A stretch of 64,000 bases of DNA from an uncultured Gemmatimonadales bacterium (GCA_963793305.1 CAWBZV010000003.1:224001-288000); one strand, 5' to 3'; positions 8,895 through 19,753 are shown, counted from the first letter of the stretch. Notes: generated by a model not told the origin, from the letters alone. A program made the numbers and translations.

Positions 8895-11501
8895 GTGACG
8901 TCCTCGGCGCCTCATCCGTACTTCGCTACGCGATCCACGCCACCCGACGGAGACGCTCATCCGTCCGGTCGTTTTGCCGCGCTCGCTGATCAGGTCGCGG
9001 AAAGCGAGACCCTGACACAGATCGCCCGCCAGATCGCGGGCGCGGGCAGTGACCGTGGCGCCACGTTCGATCTGTTGGCCGCCGGCGCGGTCTCGCTCGT
9101 TGGCAGCGATGGAGCCATCGTCGCGCTCTTATCACATGACGGACATATTCGCGTCGAAGCCGCGGCCGGCACGCTGACGCCGATGCTCGGCTTCACGGCG
9201 CCGCTCGCTGGCTCACTCGCGGCCGAGTCGCTCGCCTGTTTCCACCCGCTGGTTCTGAACGACGCCGCTGGGGATTCGCGCGTCGAAGCGCACTTTCTGT
9301 CGCCCTTCAGCCCGCGCCAGGTCGTCGTCGCACCAATGCTCGTGGCGGAAGAGCCCCGCGGGTTCTTGCTCGCGCTCAACTGCGGCAAGGGGTACTTCTC
9401 GCCGGCCGACGGCGCGCTGTTGCAACGGCTGGCCGATCACGGGGCGATCGCGGTGAGGCACGCCGAGCTTCTGTCCCAGACTGAAGCAATAGCGAAAGAA
9501 GCACGAACGCTCGCCGACATCGTCCAGCAGATCAATCAGTCGCTCGAGCTCGAGCGCGTGGTGTCGCTGCTCGCCCGCCATGCCGCCGGTCTCCTCGGCG
9601 CGCGCGGCGCGCGGGTCGGCGTCCTGGACGGCGACGGCACGCGCCTCATCACGTCGGCGACATTCGGGGACGCGATCGATCGCATCGGCTCGGTCGTCGA
9701 TACCTCGACCGTGTTCGCCGGCGAGGCGGTGCGGCTGCGCCGGGCCGTGCTGACGACCGATCTCCGCCCATACGCGGACATGTGGGTGCGCACGAAGCGG
9801 GGCGTCTCGCTCGGCGAGGGTCGACCGAATGGCGCCGCGGCGCCACTCCTCGTCGGCGGTCGCATTATCGGAACGGTGACCGTGTTCGGTCGCGAGAACG
9901 GCGAGTTCTCCGATAAGGATGGCGCGGTCCTCCACGCCCTCGCGAATCACGCGGCGATTGCGATCGAGAACGCCCGACTGTATCGGGCGGCGGCGTACAC
10001 CGCGCGCCATGCGAGCATTCTCGCGGCGGCGGGACGGGCGCTCGCCAATAGCGCGACCGCGGACGACGTGTACCGGGGCATTGGCGAGATCGCCTTCGAG
10101 TCACTTGGCGCGAACGGCTTCACGGTCACGCTCGCCGATGTGGGGACGCGGCACGTCGAGCGCGCGCACGCCGAAGGACCCGGGTCCGGCGGCATGGCCC
10201 TGCCGCCCGACGTGTACTGGCTCACGCCGAACGGGCGCGCCGTCGAGTCGGGCAGGCCGTACTACGCCTCCGATATCGACGAGATTCCGCTCGACTGGGC
10301 GCCGCCAGGTTACGACCTCTCGAAGTACGAGATGCGCTCGGTGGCTATCCTGCCGCTCGTGGCCGAGGGCAGGCCACGGGGGATACTCTCGGTCCGGTTT
10401 CCAACGCTGCACAAGTTCGAGGATCACGAGCGGCGCCTCCTCGAGGATTTCGCGACCCAGGTCGCCGTAGCCGTCCGGAATGCGGAGCTGGCGGCGGCGA
10501 GCGAGAGCGCGCGGGAGCGCGAGCGGATGCTGGCGACCGCGCTCGCCACGATGGAAAACCCCGTGTTCGTTCTGGCCGCGGACGAGCACATCCGCTACGC
10601 GAACGTTGCTGCCTCGCGCGAGTACGGCTACCCGGTCGACGCGTTCATCGGCATGCCGTTCAGCCGCCTGCAAGCCGACGGCGAGTTACATCGCCGGGCC
10701 GATGACTCGGAATTTCCCGCGACCGTGGTGTCGAGTCCGTTCCGCGATGGGCAAGTGGTGAGCGTACGAAACACGACCGAGGAACGGCGGATCGCCGAGA
10801 CGCTGCTCCAGACCGAGAAGCTCGCGGCGATTGGCGAGCTCGTGGCGGGCGTCGCGCACGAGCTCAACAACCCCCTCACGGGCATCTCGACATTCGCCCA
10901 GTTGCTGCTCGAGGAGCGACTTGGCGAGGAACAGCTCGACGCCGTGCGCAACATCAAGCGCGAATCGGATCGGGCGGTATCGGTGATTCGGGATCTGCTC
11001 GTGTTTTCGCGCAAGAGCGACCCCCGTTACGGACAGGTCGATCTGCGGTCGCTGATCGAGCAGACGCTCCGGTTGCGGAGCTACACCCTCCAGTCGGCTG
11101 GGATCACGGTCGAGCGCGATGTCGATCCCAACCTGCCCACCGTGATGGGCGACGACCGGAAACTGCAGCAAGTGATCATGAACGTCATGGTGAATGCCGA
11201 GTACGCCATGCACCGCACGGACATTCGGCGTCTGGTGGTGCGAGCGAGAGGCGACGCCACGCACGTGGTGGTCGAGATCGCCGACACCGGCATCGGGATG
11301 ACCCCTGACATCGTCAAGCACGTCTTCGAGCCCTTCTACACGACGAAGCCGGTTGGCGTCGGGACCGGGCTCGGTCTGTCCGTCAGTTACGGTATTGTGA
11401 AAGCACACGGTGGCTCGATCGAGGTCAGCTCGACCGCGGGACTCGGTACCACGTTCCGGATCGCCCTGCCGCTCACCCCCGCCTCCCCGCCCCCAGAATG
11501 A
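8895..11501 (+). CDS. Multi-GAF/PAS sensor histidine kinase
   Basis: Three GAF-like repeats, PAS, then ELVAGVAHELNNPL, QVIMNVMVNA, DTGIGM, FYTTKPVGVGTGLGL. Confidence 0.93.
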   Translation: MTSSAPHPYFATRSTPPDGDAHPSGRFAALADQVAESETLTQIARQIAGAGSDRGATFDLLAAGAVSLVGSDGAIVALLSHDGHIRVEAAAGTLTPMLGFTAPLAGSLAAESLACFHPLVLNDAAGDSRVEAHFLSPFSPRQVVVAPMLVAEEPRGFLLALNCGKGYFSPADGALLQRLADHGAIAVRHAELLSQTEAIAKEARTLADIVQQINQSLELERVVSLLARHAAGLLGARGARVGVLDGDGTRLITSATFGDAIDRIGSVVDTSTVFAGEAVRLRRAVLTTDLRPYADMWVRTKRGVSLGEGRPNGAAAPLLVGGRIIGTVTVFGRENGEFSDKDGAVLHALANHAAIAIENARLYRAAAYTARHASILAAAGRALANSATADDVYRGIGEIAFESLGANGFTVTLADVGTRHVERAHAEGPGSGGMALPPDVYWLTPNGRAVESGRPYYASDIDEIPLDWAPPGYDLSKYEMRSVAILPLVAEGRPRGILSVRFPTLHKFEDHERRLLEDFATQVAVAVRNAELAAASESARERERMLATALATMENPVFVLAADEHIRYANVAASREYGYPVDAFIGMPFSRLQADGELHRRADDSEFPATVVSSPFRDGQVVSVRNTTEERRIAETLLQTEKLAAIGELVAGVAHELNNPLTGISTFAQLLLEERLGEEQLDAVRNIKRESDRAVSVIRDLLVFSRKSDPRYGQVDLRSLIEQTLRLRSYTLQSAGITVERDVDPNLPTVMGDDRKLQQVIMNVMVNAEYAMHRTDIRRLVVRARGDATHVVVEIADTGIGMTPDIVKHVFEPFYTTKPVGVGTGLGLSVSYGIVKAHGGSIEVSSTAGLGTTFRIALPLTPASPPPE

Positions 11502-12550
11502 CCGAGCCCACCTACACGGTCCCGCGTCTGCTCCTGGTCGACGACGAAGCGACTATAGTCACGGCCCTGGCCAAGTTTCTTCGGTCCCGTGGCTTCGACG
11601 TCCTCACCGCCTCCTCCGGCGAGGAGGCCGTCGCGAAGCTATCCGCATCCGGACCGTTCAAGCTGATGCTATGCGATGTGCGGATGCCCGGTATGACCGG
11701 TGTCGAAGTCGTGTCCAAGGCGCTGTCGATCGATCCCGACCTGGCCGTCGTCATGTTGACCGGCGTGAACGACGCGCCCACGGCAACCGAAGCGCTTGCC
11801 AGAGGTGCGTTTGACTACCTGTTGAAACCGGTCGAGTTGGCTGACCTCCACCAGGCGATCGAACGCTCGCTCCATCGCCGGGATCTGTTGATCGACCGGC
11901 GCAACATTGACCGGGTGATCCGCGAGGAGGTGGACGCCCGGACGAAGGACCTGCAGGAGATGAGCATCGGAACGGTTACCGCGCTGATCAACGCCATGGA
12001 GGCGAAGGACATATATCTCCGTGGGCACTCCGAGCGCATCGCCGAGCTCGCCGCGTCGATCGCCGAGGTACTCGGGCTGGATCCTGACACGGTGGAAAAC
12101 GTCCGCGTCGCGGGTCGGCTTCACGATGTCGGCCAGATCGGCGTTCGCGAGTCGGTTCTGAACAAGCCGGGGCCGCTCACCCCGGAGGAGTACGAGCACG
12201 TCAAGGAGCACGTGTGGATCTCGATTGACATCTTGAAGTCGCTGACGATCGTGCGGGGTGCGCTCGACTACATCCAGGACCACCACGAGCGGTGGGATGG
12301 CCAGGGATACCCGAAGGGGAAGGCGGGGGAGGATATCTCGATCGGCGGCCGCATTCTCGCGGCGGCGGATGCGTTCGACGCGCTCACCTCGCACCGCGCC
12401 TATCGCGAACCGCGGTCACCGAAGGAAACGCTCACGTATCTCGAATCGCATGTTGGCGGTCTCCTCGACCCGCGCATCTACGAGGCGTTGACGAGCGTTG
12501 TGCGGGGGAGAAAAACGCTCGCGTTCTCGTTCATCGACGACACCCATTGA
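11498..12550 (+). CDS. Response regulator with HD-GYP domain (putative c-di-GMP phosphodiesterase)
   Basis: REC plus GHSERI, LHDVG, HHERWDGQGYP, ADAFDA. Confidence 0.93.
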   Translation: MTEPTYTVPRLLLVDDEATIVTALAKFLRSRGFDVLTASSGEEAVAKLSASGPFKLMLCDVRMPGMTGVEVVSKALSIDPDLAVVMLTGVNDAPTATEALARGAFDYLLKPVELADLHQAIERSLHRRDLLIDRRNIDRVIREEVDARTKDLQEMSIGTVTALINAMEAKDIYLRGHSERIAELAASIAEVLGLDPDTVENVRVAGRLHDVGQIGVRESVLNKPGPLTPEEYEHVKEHVWISIDILKSLTIVRGALDYIQDHHERWDGQGYPKGKAGEDISIGGRILAAADAFDALTSHRAYREPRSPKETLTYLESHVGGLLDPRIYEALTSVVRGRKTLAFSFIDDTH

Positions 12551-12612
12551 CTTCGATGCCCTCGGCGTTGTATTTCCGGGCGACCTGAAATTCATACTTT
12601 GAGGAGGCGGTC

Positions 12613-13152
12613 ATGCCGCGCGGCGATGAACTGAACGAAGAGCTCCGCTTCTCCGACCGTGACGACGAAGGCGACGACGTTGGATACGGCGGCGGGGGCG
12701 CAGGCGGAGGCGGGGCTGCCTACGACGACGACGAGGAGGAAGAGGACGGCGGGTGGGCGATCACGAAAGACCACAGCGAGGAGCTGTGGGATTCCGCCGA
12801 GGATGGTGACGATGACGACGAGGAGGAGGGGGAAATAGTCGTCGCCGAGGTTGAGGGCGAGGAAGAGGACGGCGACCTGTTCGCCGAGCCGAAGCCGAAA
12901 GCTGCTCGCTCGCCTGCCAAACAGCCGGCTAAGGCTGCGGGCAAGAAAGCAGCGGCCAAGAAAGCGGCGCCGGCGAAGAAGGCTGGCGTGAAGAAAGCAT
13001 CCGCGAAGAAGGCGCCGGCGAAGAAAGGCAAGAAAGTCGCGAAGAAAGCTGCTTCTTCTAAGAAGGCCGCCAAGAAGGGCAAGAAGGCCGTGGCCAAGAA
13101 AGGCGGCGGGAAGAAGGCCAAGAAGGGCGGGAAAAAGGGTAAGCGCCGCTAG
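12613..13152 (+). CDS. Acidic N-terminal / Lys-Ala-rich histone-H1-like protein
   Basis: SD GAGGAGG; D/E-rich first half, AKK repeats in second half; hairpin downstream. Confidence 0.75.
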   Translation: MPRGDELNEELRFSDRDDEGDDVGYGGGGAGGGGAAYDDDEEEEDGGWAITKDHSEELWDSAEDGDDDDEEEGEIVVAEVEGEEEDGDLFAEPKPKAARSPAKQPAKAAGKKAAAKKAAPAKKAGVKKASAKKAPAKKGKKVAKKAASSKKAAKKGKKAVAKKGGGKKAKKGGKKGKRR

Positions 13153-13170
13153 TCCGGTCGCTTTCCAGCC

Positions 13171-13203
13171 AAAGGGGGCGTTCCCACTCGGACCGCCCCC
13201 TTG
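13171..13203 (+). terminator. Probable intrinsic terminator
   Basis: AAGGGGGCG...CGCCCCCTT inverted repeat just after the stop at 13152. Confidence 0.55.
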
Positions 13204-13300
13204 TTGCATCGCGGCCGAGCTCGGCGGCGGGATGGATCCATGCGCTAGCGACCAAGCGTAGTTCTCGCTGCCTGCAGCAGTGGCCGTTATTGTAGATCCT

Positions 13301-13849
13301 ATGAACGAATCGCCCGTGACCTTGCTCCGTGCGCACGCCAACCACGCGCCGTGGAACGCGCGCGGCCTCGCGTCGCACGCCACAGCGCTCGTCGACGCCG
13401 CGGGAGTCCGCCCGACGAACGCGTCGGCTCGAGCGGCGCCGAGCGCACGCGCGATCCGGTTCTACGTGGCGAGCGGCCTGTTGGACCGCCCGGAGGGCAC
13501 CGGGACAGCGGCGACGTACCATTACCGTCACCTGCTGCAGCTGCTCTCGATCAAGATCCGCCAGAGAGAAGGCCAAACGCTCGATCACATCAAGCGCGAG
13601 CTGACGGGAGTCACGGGCGATGCCCTCGAGCGCCGGGTTGCCCAGTCCCTGGCGCCGGCGCTCAATGCGGGAAGCATGAGCGTGAGCCTCCCGCGTGAGG
13701 TGTCGTCCGTGCTGTCCTGGCGACGGCTGCCGGTAGCCGACGGCGTCGAGCTGCACGTCCGCGAAGACTCCCCGGCAGCGCGCGACGACGCCCTCGTCGC
13801 GATCCGCGAGGCGGTCCGCGCCGCGCTCGGTCGCCCGGAAATCCGATAG
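13301..13849 (+). CDS. MerR-family helix-turn-helix protein
   Basis: PSARAIRFYVASGLLDRP...YHYRHLLQLLSIK..QREGQTLDHIK. Confidence 0.8.
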   Translation: MNESPVTLLRAHANHAPWNARGLASHATALVDAAGVRPTNASARAAPSARAIRFYVASGLLDRPEGTGTAATYHYRHLLQLLSIKIRQREGQTLDHIKRELTGVTGDALERRVAQSLAPALNAGSMSVSLPREVSSVLSWRRLPVADGVELHVREDSPAARDDALVAIREAVRAALGRPEIR

Positions 13850-13854
13850 CCACC

Positions 13855-14563
13855 ATGCGCTTCGCCGACAGCCTCATCGTCATCACGGGTGTCGGCCGTG
13901 AGGAACAGGTCGGCGACGCCGTCGCTCACGCCTTCGCGGCCGAGGGAGCATCCCTGGCGCTGCTCGACCTGAACGCCGACGCGCTCAATGCACGCGCCGC
14001 CGCGCTCCGAGCGGCGAGCGCACGCGTCTCGGCGTATCCCTGCGACATGACCGACGTCGGCCAGGTGACTGCCGTTGCCGGGCGTATCAGCGTCGAGTTC
14101 GGCCGGGTCGACGCGTTCGTCCACGTCGCCGGCGGATTCGCGCTCAGTGGACCGATCGGCGACAGCGACCCGGCCGTATTCGCGAAGCAGATCGCGATCA
14201 ACCTGACCACGGCCTACGTCGCGTCCCGCGCATTCGTCCCTTTGCTCAAGGACACCGTCGGCAGCGCCGTGTACTTCGCCTCGGCGACGGTTCTCCCCGG
14301 GAGCCCGACGTCAGGTCTCGCCGGCTACTCCGCCGCAAAGTCGGGTGTCGTGGGCCTCATGCGCGCAGTCGCGGATGAGGGAAGAGCACGGGGCGTCCGC
14401 GCCAACGCCGTCGCCCCGATAGCGATTCGCACCGGCGACAACCTGCGGGCGATGGGCGACAAAGCGAAGTACGTCGAGCGACAGGCCGTCGCCGACGTTC
14501 GTGTTATACCTCTCGTCGCCAGCCGCGCGGGCGATCACCGGCCAGGTGATCGCTCTCGCGTGA
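13855..14563 (+). CDS. Short-chain dehydrogenase/reductase (frameshift at ~14498)
   Basis: VITG, VHVAGG, YSAAKS; removing one T gives VADVVLYLSSPAARAITGQVIALA-stop at 14563. Confidence 0.88.
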
Positions 14564-14564
14564 C

Positions 14565-15396
14565 ATGCGCAAGAGCGCAACGCGCCCGGTTGTCCTCGAT
14601 CGATCGATCGAAGCCCTCCCGCTGTTCCGACTCAGCGACTCGTCGGACAGCGACGCCGCGCTAACGTACGAGCCCTCGACCGGCGGTAGGTGGCGGGTGC
14701 TGCCGGCGCCCGGCGACCGGCTGCCCGGAACGTTCGACCAGGACGTTTACGTCGAGATCCTGCACCGTTACGCCACCGCGGGCGGCGACGGCGTCGTCCA
14801 CTTCACGTTGCACGCGTTTCTTCGATCAATGGGACGGCGTGTGGACGGCCGGACCTACGAGCAACTCCGGGGGGCGTTGAGTCGACTCGAACGGACCGTT
14901 CTCGAGTCGACCCAAGCCTATTTCGCCGCGCCGGCCGGCCGGAATATCGACGCCCGTTTTACCATTCTGACATTCTGTGGCGATCGACCGTCGACGCTCG
15001 GCGGACAGGGAGCAGCTCCCGCTCTTCGAGGCGATAGCGGCGGCTGAGCCCGGCGACGCCCGTGTGACTTTGTCTCCCGTGTTGAGAGCCAATCTCCGTG
15101 CGGGCCACACGATTACGCTCTCGGGCGCTGCCTATGCGGCTCTGGCCTCACCCACGGCCCGGCGACTCTATAGGCTGCTGGAGGTGGCCCGAGCCGACGG
15201 CCGGGTCGCATGGCGAGTTGCGCTCGACGCCCTGGCTGGACAGCTTCCGCTGAGTCAGCGGTACCCGTCGCATCTTCACCGGGTTCTGCAGCCGGCGCAC
15301 GACTTGCTGGTCGGGGCGGGAATCGTTCGTGATGCCGTGATTCGGCAACATCAGCGGGATTGGTTCGTCGATTACGTGCTGGCGTCGCGTACCTAG
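14565..15396 (+). CDS. Replication initiator protein A (RepA/RPA)-like winged-helix protein (frameshift at ~14973)
   Basis: ALPLFRLS, LPGTFDQDVYVEIL, FTLHAFLRSMG...YEQLRGALSRL, YAALASPTARRLYRLL resemble plasmid RepA initiators. Confidence 0.7.
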
Positions 15397-15438
15397 CACG
15401 CTTGCACCTCTGACTACCCGAGACGGAGCAACCCACCA

Positions 15439-15657
15439 ATGGCCACGAAGCTAGACAAGACGATCAAGCGGGAGCTGGACATGGAAGGCCACGCCTATAC
15501 GGTCGCGATCTCACCGGACGGCGTGAAGTTGACCCAAAAAGGCTTCCGAAAGGGGCGTGTGATGTCCTGGAAGTATTTTTGGGAACATGGTACTGATGAG
15601 GCAAGCAACGGCGAGCACGCCGGCTCCGGAACTCCTCAGTCGCCAGCGAGTAAGTAA
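15439..15657 (+). CDS. Small hypothetical protein
   Basis: SD GGAG; 72 aa MATKLDKTIKREL...KGFRKG. Confidence 0.7.
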   Translation: MATKLDKTIKRELDMEGHAYTVAISPDGVKLTQKGFRKGRVMSWKYFWEHGTDEASNGEHAGSGTPQSPASK

Positions 15658-15723
15658 CATATTCGTGAGCAATAACTTGGCTGTTTAGCTGGCATTTCTT
15701 TTTCCTTTCGTCACCGAGCCCGT

Positions 15724-17319
15724 ATGTCCCGCCGTACTCTCCGTTCCGCGACCGTGGTCGCCTTAGGGTTAGTCGTCCTGGTCGCCGGGGGCTTCATCGT
15801 TCAGGCGCGAGCGGTGCACGATGGTGCACGCCTGTTCGACCAGGTCCTGACCCTCGTATCCGACCGCTTCGTGGACACGCTCGACCAGGGCGCCTTGTAC
15901 GAGAAGGCGGCCGAAGGGTTGGTCCATGAGCTGAACGATCCGTACACCGAGCTCCTGCAGCCGAAGAAGCTGACCGAGTTCTCGCGACGGACGGGCGGCC
16001 GCTACGGCGGCGTCGGCATGGAGATCGGCGAAACGCCGCAGGGCCAGATCATCATCAATCGGGTCTTCCCCCATACGCCGGCCGAAGAGGCGGGCGTCCA
16101 AGAGGGGGACCATATCATTGGCGTCGACACCATCAGCACGATCGGCTGGAAGATCCAGCAGGTGTCCGACTACCTCGTCGGAACCCCGGGGACCAAGGTC
16201 TCGGTCAAGTTCTCGCGCCCTGGAGTCCCCGAGCCGCTGGTCGACCACTTCGCGCGGGCGATCATCCATATCCCGGCGGTCCCGTACGCGATCATGCTCG
16301 ATGGCAACATCGCGTACATCCCGCTGCAGCAGTTCAATGAGGACGCGAGCGACGACCTGGAAGCCGCGCTCAAGAGCCTGGTCGTCAAACAAGGCGCCAA
16401 AGGCGTTGTCCTCGACCTGCGTGATGATCCAGGCGGGATCCTCGACCAGGCGCTCATGGTCAGCAATCTCTTCCTGAAAGAAGGCCAGGAGATCCTGAGC
16501 GTCCGCGGCCGCAACACGGAGCCGCAGGTCTATCTTGCAAAGGCGAAGCCGATCGCACCGTCAGTGCCCCTCGTGGTTCTGACCAACGGCGGCAGCGCCT
16601 CGGCCTCCGAGATCGTGGCCGGCGCGCTCCAGGACCACGACCGCGCATTGGTCGTCGGCCAGACCTCGTTCGGCAAGGGGCTCGTGCAGACCCTCTTCCC
16701 GCTCGACGGTGGGTACGCGCTCAAGATGACGACGGCCAAGTGGTATACGCCGAGCGGGCGCTCGATCCAGAAGGAGCGGAAGCTGCTGGCCGATGGCGAG
16801 TTCGTCGAAGTCCATCCCGACTCGCTCGAGACCGACTCGGCCAAGAAGGCGCGCCCGGCGTTCAAGTCCGACGCGGGTCGCACGGTCTATGGCGGCGGCG
16901 CCATCACGCCCGACGTAATGGTCAAGCCGGATACGCTCACCACGGCCGAGCAGCAGTTCATCAAGACCGTCTCGCCCAAGGGGCAGATCGTCTATCAGAC
17001 CCTGTCGGCCTACGCGCTCGATCTCAAGCCAAAGGCCGCGACCAAGGACTATAAGTTCCAGCCCGCGTGGCATGACTCGCTCTACAAGCGCCTGACCGAC
17101 GCCGGCGTCACCGTCTCGCGTGCGTCGTATGACTCGGCTTCGCGCTATGTCGATCGGCTGCTCGATCTGCGCATCGCGCGCTATGCGTACGGGGATTCGA
17201 CCGCCAAGCGGCGCGATCTCTCGGAGGACCCGCAGCTCAAGAAGGCTGTCGAGTTGCTTCAGAAGGGGCAGACGCAGAAGGATCTGTTCGCGGTCGCGCT
17301 CACTAGCGCGACGAAGTGA
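15724..17319 (+). CDS. S41 C-terminal processing protease (PDZ + S41)
   Basis: LNDPYT, LDLRDDPGG, SASASEIVAGALQD, SFGKGLVQ, TTAKWYTPSGRSI. Confidence 0.95.
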   Translation: MSRRTLRSATVVALGLVVLVAGGFIVQARAVHDGARLFDQVLTLVSDRFVDTLDQGALYEKAAEGLVHELNDPYTELLQPKKLTEFSRRTGGRYGGVGMEIGETPQGQIIINRVFPHTPAEEAGVQEGDHIIGVDTISTIGWKIQQVSDYLVGTPGTKVSVKFSRPGVPEPLVDHFARAIIHIPAVPYAIMLDGNIAYIPLQQFNEDASDDLEAALKSLVVKQGAKGVVLDLRDDPGGILDQALMVSNLFLKEGQEILSVRGRNTEPQVYLAKAKPIAPSVPLVVLTNGGSASASEIVAGALQDHDRALVVGQTSFGKGLVQTLFPLDGGYALKMTTAKWYTPSGRSIQKERKLLADGEFVEVHPDSLETDSAKKARPAFKSDAGRTVYGGGAITPDVMVKPDTLTTAEQQFIKTVSPKGQIVYQTLSAYALDLKPKAATKDYKFQPAWHDSLYKRLTDAGVTVSRASYDSASRYVDRLLDLRIARYAYGDSTAKRRDLSEDPQLKKAVELLQKGQTQKDLFAVALTSATK

Positions 17320-18344
17320 CACGGTCACTGCTAACGGCGGTCGCCCTCGTGGCGGCCGCCGTTTTCACATCGCACCAGGACGAAGGGCGCCACCTCGCCA
17401 ATATCCGTCGCCTGACGCACACCGGGGCGAACGCCGAGGCGTATTTCAGCTTGGACGGCAAGTGGCTGACGTTCCAGTCGACCCGCGATGGTCGTGCGTG
17501 TGATCAGCAGTACACCATGCGCACCGATGGCTCGTCGTTACACCGTATCTCGAACGGCACAGGCAAGACGACGTGCGGCGCTTTCTTCGACAAGGACCGA
17601 AAGATCTTCTTCGCCTCCACGCACGCGGCCGACACAGCCTGCCCGCCAAGACCCGACCCGTCTAAGGGTTATGTCTGGGGCCTCGACGCGTTTGATATCT
17701 ATACGGCGAATCGGGATGGATCTGGCCTGAAGCGACTCACGAATTACGGGACGTACACGGCCGAGGGGACGCTCTCGCCAGACGGCAAGCGGATCGTGTT
17801 CACGAGCCTGAAGGATGGAGACCTAGAGCTCTACACGATGAACGTGGACGGCACCGACGTTCGCCGTCTCACGCACACACTCGGCTACGACGGCGGCGCG
17901 TGGTTCTCGCCCGACGGGTCGAAGATCGTGTATCGTGCGTATCACCCGACCGACTCGGCCGAAGTGGCCGACTACAAGGCGCTCTTGGCGCAGCACATCG
18001 TGCGGCCGATCAAGATGGAAATCTGGATCATGAACGCTGACGGCTCGGACCAGCACCAGATCACGCACTTGGGCGGCGCCAACTTCGCGCCGTACTTCAC
18101 GATCGACGGCAAGCGGATCATCTTCGCGTCGAACTACCTGCATCCGCACGGACCGGAAGCGAAGAACTTCGACCTCTATCTCATCGACCTCGACGGGTCG
18201 CGCCTCGAGCAGGTGACGACCGACCCGGGGTTCGACGGTTTCCCCGAGTTCAGCCCCGACGGTCGCCAGATCGTGTGGGAAAGCAGCCGCGGCACCACCG
18301 GCCCCTCGGATCTCGACATATTTATAGCTGACTGGAAACCGTAG
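17316..18344 (+). CDS. TolB-like PD40 beta-propeller protein
   Basis: Signal peptide, repeated SPDGKRIVF / FSPDG motifs. Confidence 0.9.
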   Translation: MTRSLLTAVALVAAAVFTSHQDEGRHLANIRRLTHTGANAEAYFSLDGKWLTFQSTRDGRACDQQYTMRTDGSSLHRISNGTGKTTCGAFFDKDRKIFFASTHAADTACPPRPDPSKGYVWGLDAFDIYTANRDGSGLKRLTNYGTYTAEGTLSPDGKRIVFTSLKDGDLELYTMNVDGTDVRRLTHTLGYDGGAWFSPDGSKIVYRAYHPTDSAEVADYKALLAQHIVRPIKMEIWIMNADGSDQHQITHLGGANFAPYFTIDGKRIIFASNYLHPHGPEAKNFDLYLIDLDGSRLEQVTTDPGFDGFPEFSPDGRQIVWESSRGTTGPSDLDIFIADWKP

Positions 18345-18353
18345 GAGAACACT

Positions 18354-19376
18354 ATGTTCGCCATTTCGCTGTTGGTGGCCTTCCTGGTAATTGCTGGCCT
18401 CTTCACGCTCACGAGCTCGATCAAGATCATCGGCCAGGCCGAGGTGATGGTGATCGAGCGGTTTGGCCGGTTCAATCGCGTCGGACGATCCGGCTTCAAC
18501 CTCCTGATCCCGTTCATCGACCGCCCGCGGACGATCGATGTGCGGGTGTTCGACACCGATGTCAACGGCGTGAAGCGGATCACGGCCGGGTCGACCGCGC
18601 GCATCGATCTGCGCGAGCAGGTGCTCAACTTCCCGACCCAGCCGGTGATCACGAAGGACAACGTCACGATCGACATCGACGCCGTCATCTACTATCGCGT
18701 GGCCGACCCGCAGAAAGCGACCTACGCGATCCAGAACCTGCCGTTCGCCCTCGAGACGCTGACGCGGACCACGCTCCGGAACATCGTTGGCGAGATGGAG
18801 CTCGATCAGACGCTGGGCTCACGCGACACGATCAATCGGCGCATGAAGGACGTGATCGAGGAGGCGTCGATCGGCTGGGGCGTCGACGTGACGCGCGTCG
18901 AGCTGCAGTCGATCGATCCGCCGCGTGACATACAGCAGTCGATGGAGCTGCAAATGCGCGCCGAGCGCGAGCGGCGTGCCGCGGTGACGAACGCCGAGGC
19001 CGGGAAGCGCGCGGCGATCCTCGAGGCCGAGGGCGTCCGGGAGTCGGCGGTGCTACGCGCGCAGGGCGCGGCGGAGGCGCGGTTGGCGATGGCGGCCGCC
19101 GAGGCCGAGACGATCGCGAAAATTCGGGCCTCGCTGCCGCCGGGCGAAGCGGCGATCTATCTGCTCGGTCTCCGGTACTTCGAGGCGCTGCCGCAGCTGG
19201 CCGCGGGCAAAGGCTCGACGGTGTTTATGCCGGCCGATGCGGCTGGTCTCATGGGCGCGATCGGCAGCTTGCGCGAGCTGCTCAAGATCGGCGCCGCGAC
19301 GTCGCCCGTACCGGACGGCACGACTCCGCCAACGGCCCGCACATCCACTGTGCCGCCGCCAGCGCTCAAGCCGTGA
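18354..19376 (+). CDS. SPFH/band 7 (paraslipin-like) protein
   Basis: VITKDNVTI, TTLRNIVGEMELD, QMRAERERRA. Confidence 0.93.
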   Translation: MFAISLLVAFLVIAGLFTLTSSIKIIGQAEVMVIERFGRFNRVGRSGFNLLIPFIDRPRTIDVRVFDTDVNGVKRITAGSTARIDLREQVLNFPTQPVITKDNVTIDIDAVIYYRVADPQKATYAIQNLPFALETLTRTTLRNIVGEMELDQTLGSRDTINRRMKDVIEEASIGWGVDVTRVELQSIDPPRDIQQSMELQMRAERERRAAVTNAEAGKRAAILEAEGVRESAVLRAQGAAEARLAMAAAEAETIAKIRASLPPGEAAIYLLGLRYFEALPQLAAGKGSTVFMPADAAGLMGAIGSLRELLKIGAATSPVPDGTTPPTARTSTVPPPALKP

Positions 19377-19588
19377 TCTCGCAGGATCGCGCCACCCGCA
19401 TCGCTCGCGCGCACGCGTGCGAGCAATGCGGGGAGTACAACTACAAGCGCCTCGTCGTCAAACCCGCGACCGACACCGACCGAACCGAGCTCGGCGAGAG
19501 CTGGCACGCCTTCAAGACCTGCGGCGTGTGCGGGATGGAGCACGAAATGGGAATAGACGACGAGGGCGAGATCGTCTACGTGACGTAG
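19373..19588 (+). CDS. Small zinc-binding hypothetical protein
   Basis: CEQC...CGVC; GTGA overlap with the SPFH stop. Confidence 0.7.
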   Translation: MISQDRATRIARAHACEQCGEYNYKRLVVKPATDTDRTELGESWHAFKTCGVCGMEHEMGIDDEGEIVYVT

Positions 19589-19753
19589 GACGCGCAGCGG
19601 CCAACGGAAGTGGCCACTGGAACGTTCTCCACATTACCCCGGTATAAGGGGCGCTGGGTGTCCCCCGTACCCAGGGAAGCACCTGAATCACTGTGAACGC
19701 CTGCCTTAGGCGGTTACTTTTCTTCACAGTGAGTGCACTCTCGAGGAGGTAGG

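Noticed and set aside
15660..15710. Possible sigma54 promoter upstream of the S41 protease (TGGCAT...)
   Set aside because: The -12 GC dinucleotide is missing
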